UHGV virus genome: UHGV-2109381
Length of the DNA stretch: 46,031 nucleotides
Strand: one strand, 5' to 3'
DNA from: a virus
The notes under the pieces were generated by a model. That model was given only the letters and a program-made list of their open reading frames with translations, searched no databases and was not told the origin of the DNA. Numbering within the stretch: the first letter of the stretch is position 1; each line of letters starts with the position of its first letter. Positions 45,001 to 46,031 of this stretch are shown here, piece by piece. The translations under genes and the position numbers were made by a program.

Positions 45001-45753
45001 TTACGTAACGGTAACAACACACTTGGTGGAGTCAACGTAATCAGGGCTGGTTGCAGAATCCATCACGCGGCAGAAGTACGTACCAGCATCACCTGCGGCA
45101 GCATTGTACTTGGTGAACGTGTTGGTAGTAGCACTGCTGATCGGCGAAGTGCCTTTATACCACTGATAGGTATAAGGCTCTACACCGCCAGAAGCTGCAA
45201 CAGGGCCAAGCGTCAGAGTGGTGTCATGAGCAACGTTTTGGGTTTTGCTGATATCAGTAGTCAGCGTTAAATCTTCGATGCTGGACACATCAACGGTAGA
45301 GCCATCATAAGGCTTGAATTCAACCGATCCGGTGATGATGTCGTTGGTGCCGCCATCGTAGCTCAGCGCGGTGATGTTGCAGTAAGCAACGACAACGGTA
45401 TTACCGGTGGTTTGACGCACCCACAGTGACGGCTGGCGACGCGCTTTTACTTCGGTGACAAAGTATTTGATGAGGTTGTGCACGCCATACTCATCAGCCT
45501 TGTCAGCCTTACGAACTTCAAAATCACCGGAAATGGTGAGGTCTGCGGTAGTGACCAGCGTCGCGACAAAGCCATCGCCATCATCAGCCTCTGAGGTAGT
45601 GGTGCTTGGGCTGAAGTCGACGCCTTTTGAGGTCATGGGAGCAAAAAACTTCCAATCTTCCTCTGCTGGCACAGCATCCCAGCAGCCATCAGCCAGCTCG
45701 ATGAGCGACTGGCGACCCGTGATGATGCCGTTATCATTTGCACAAATAGCCAT
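45001..45753 (-). CDS. Major tail protein with a C-terminal Ig-like (Big_2-type) domain.
   Basis: 250 aa. The C-terminal ~80 aa form an Ig-like module (PYTYQWYKGTSPISSATTNTFTKYNAAAGDAGTYFCRVMD). It is the first gene of the tail block. Confidence 0.6.
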   Translation of the reverse strand: MAICANDNGIITGRQSLIELADGCWDAVPAEEDWKFFAPMTSKGVDFSPSTTTSEADDGDGFVATLVTTADLTISGDFEVRKADKADEYGVHNLIKYFVTEVKARRQPSLWVRQTTGNTVVVAYCNITALSYDGGTNDIITGSVEFKPYDGSTVDVSSIEDLTLTTDISKTQNVAHDTTLTLGPVAASGGVEPYTYQWYKGTSPISSATTNTFTKYNAAAGDAGTYFCRVMDSATSPDYVDSTKCVVTVT

Positions 45754-45798
45754 GTTTAGAATCCTCTCTGTTTAGCTAAACAATCGCATTATATCATG

Positions 45799-45827
45799 TT
45801 GACAGGTTTTGATTGGTGGTGTAGATT
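45799..45827 (+). promoter_or_regulatory. Consensus promoter TTGACA-17-TAGATT, reading into the repeat array and the tRNA cluster.
   Basis: TTGACAggttttgattggtggtgTAGATT. It diverges from the major tail gene. Confidence 0.55.
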
Positions 45828-46000
45828 TAATGGCAGATAGTTTTCGTAAGCGACTTTGCGGGTTTTTAGAAACTGACCACAAAGATAAATGCAAACGAAG
45901 AAATGTATCTGGCAGTAGCCTAACGGCTAAACACCAGCAAGGTCTTCCGAATCCTTGTCAATGAATTCGGCGCACTGGCCCGGTGTGATTAATAATGGGC

Positions 46001-46031
46001 ACACAACGGGTAAGAGCATTGCAGGTTTACA
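46001..46031. repeat. Terminal partial copy of the same repeat unit, identical to 161..191. It indicates a circular or concatemeric permutation of the record.
   Basis: acacaacgggtaagagcattgcaggtttaca occurs at 161-191 and 46001-46031. At 191/192 it is followed by tggtggactt, which is also window position 1. Confidence 0.85.

Noticed and set aside
1-46031. Search for integrase, CI/Cro-type repressor, attP or a CRISPR array.
   Set aside because: No tyrosine or serine recombinase signature is present. There are no spacer-repeat arrays. No long LexA-like repressor is found. The phage is judged likely virulent, and the TGGGGCA array is treated as an operator or origin rather than an immunity region.

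Overview
The window reads as a complete ~46 kb genome of a tailed dsDNA phage with siphovirus-like architecture, infecting an enterobacterial host, and linearised inside a short tandem-repeat array. The host call rests on E. coli-type SD sites, codon usage, and Lar-like and Ea22-like genes. The last 31 nt (46001..46031) repeat nt 161..191, and a 191-bp unit is tandemly repeated at 1..382.

Main modules:
- **Late structural genes (minus strand).** TerS; TerL interrupted by an intein in its P-loop; portal; Mu-F-like minor head protein; prohead protease/scaffold; major capsid; neck proteins; then wrapping to major tail protein, tail chaperone, tape measure, lambda M/L/K/J-like tip proteins and a beta-helix tail fibre.
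- **Lysis cassette (minus strand).** Endolysin, holin and embedded Rz/Rz1-type spanins.
- **Early-right operon (plus strand, 24.9-33.7 kb).** P-loop ATPase, oppositely oriented Zn-ribbon primase, SF2 helicase, VRR-NUC nuclease, PD-(D/E)XK exonuclease, ERF annealase, SSB, and two HNH-AP2 homing endonucleases.
- **Early-left operon (minus strand, 24.5-21.2 kb).** Small genes plus a third HNH-AP2 copy.
- **tRNAs.** A three-gene cluster at 500..750 (plus strand) between the head and tail modules.

No integrase or CI-like repressor is recognisable, so the phage is probably virulent.

Observations worth a second look:
1. A phage-specific promoter/operator word, TTGACGTAGATTGA, recurs at least 9 times.
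2. A divergent control region of TGGGGCA heptamers and a perfect 21-bp palindrome around an AT-rich core.
3. All three HNH-AP2 genes carry a Cys-rich upstream mini-ORF that ends in UGA exactly where a +1 shift continues the endonuclease frame.
4. An HslV/proteasome-like Ntn-hydrolase sits among the packaging genes.
5. Two promoter/terminator-bounded morons lie inside the virion module: a ParB-like DGQHR-domain cassette and a four-ORF tail-module cassette.
6. An A9 homopolymer frame break splits a plus-strand gene.
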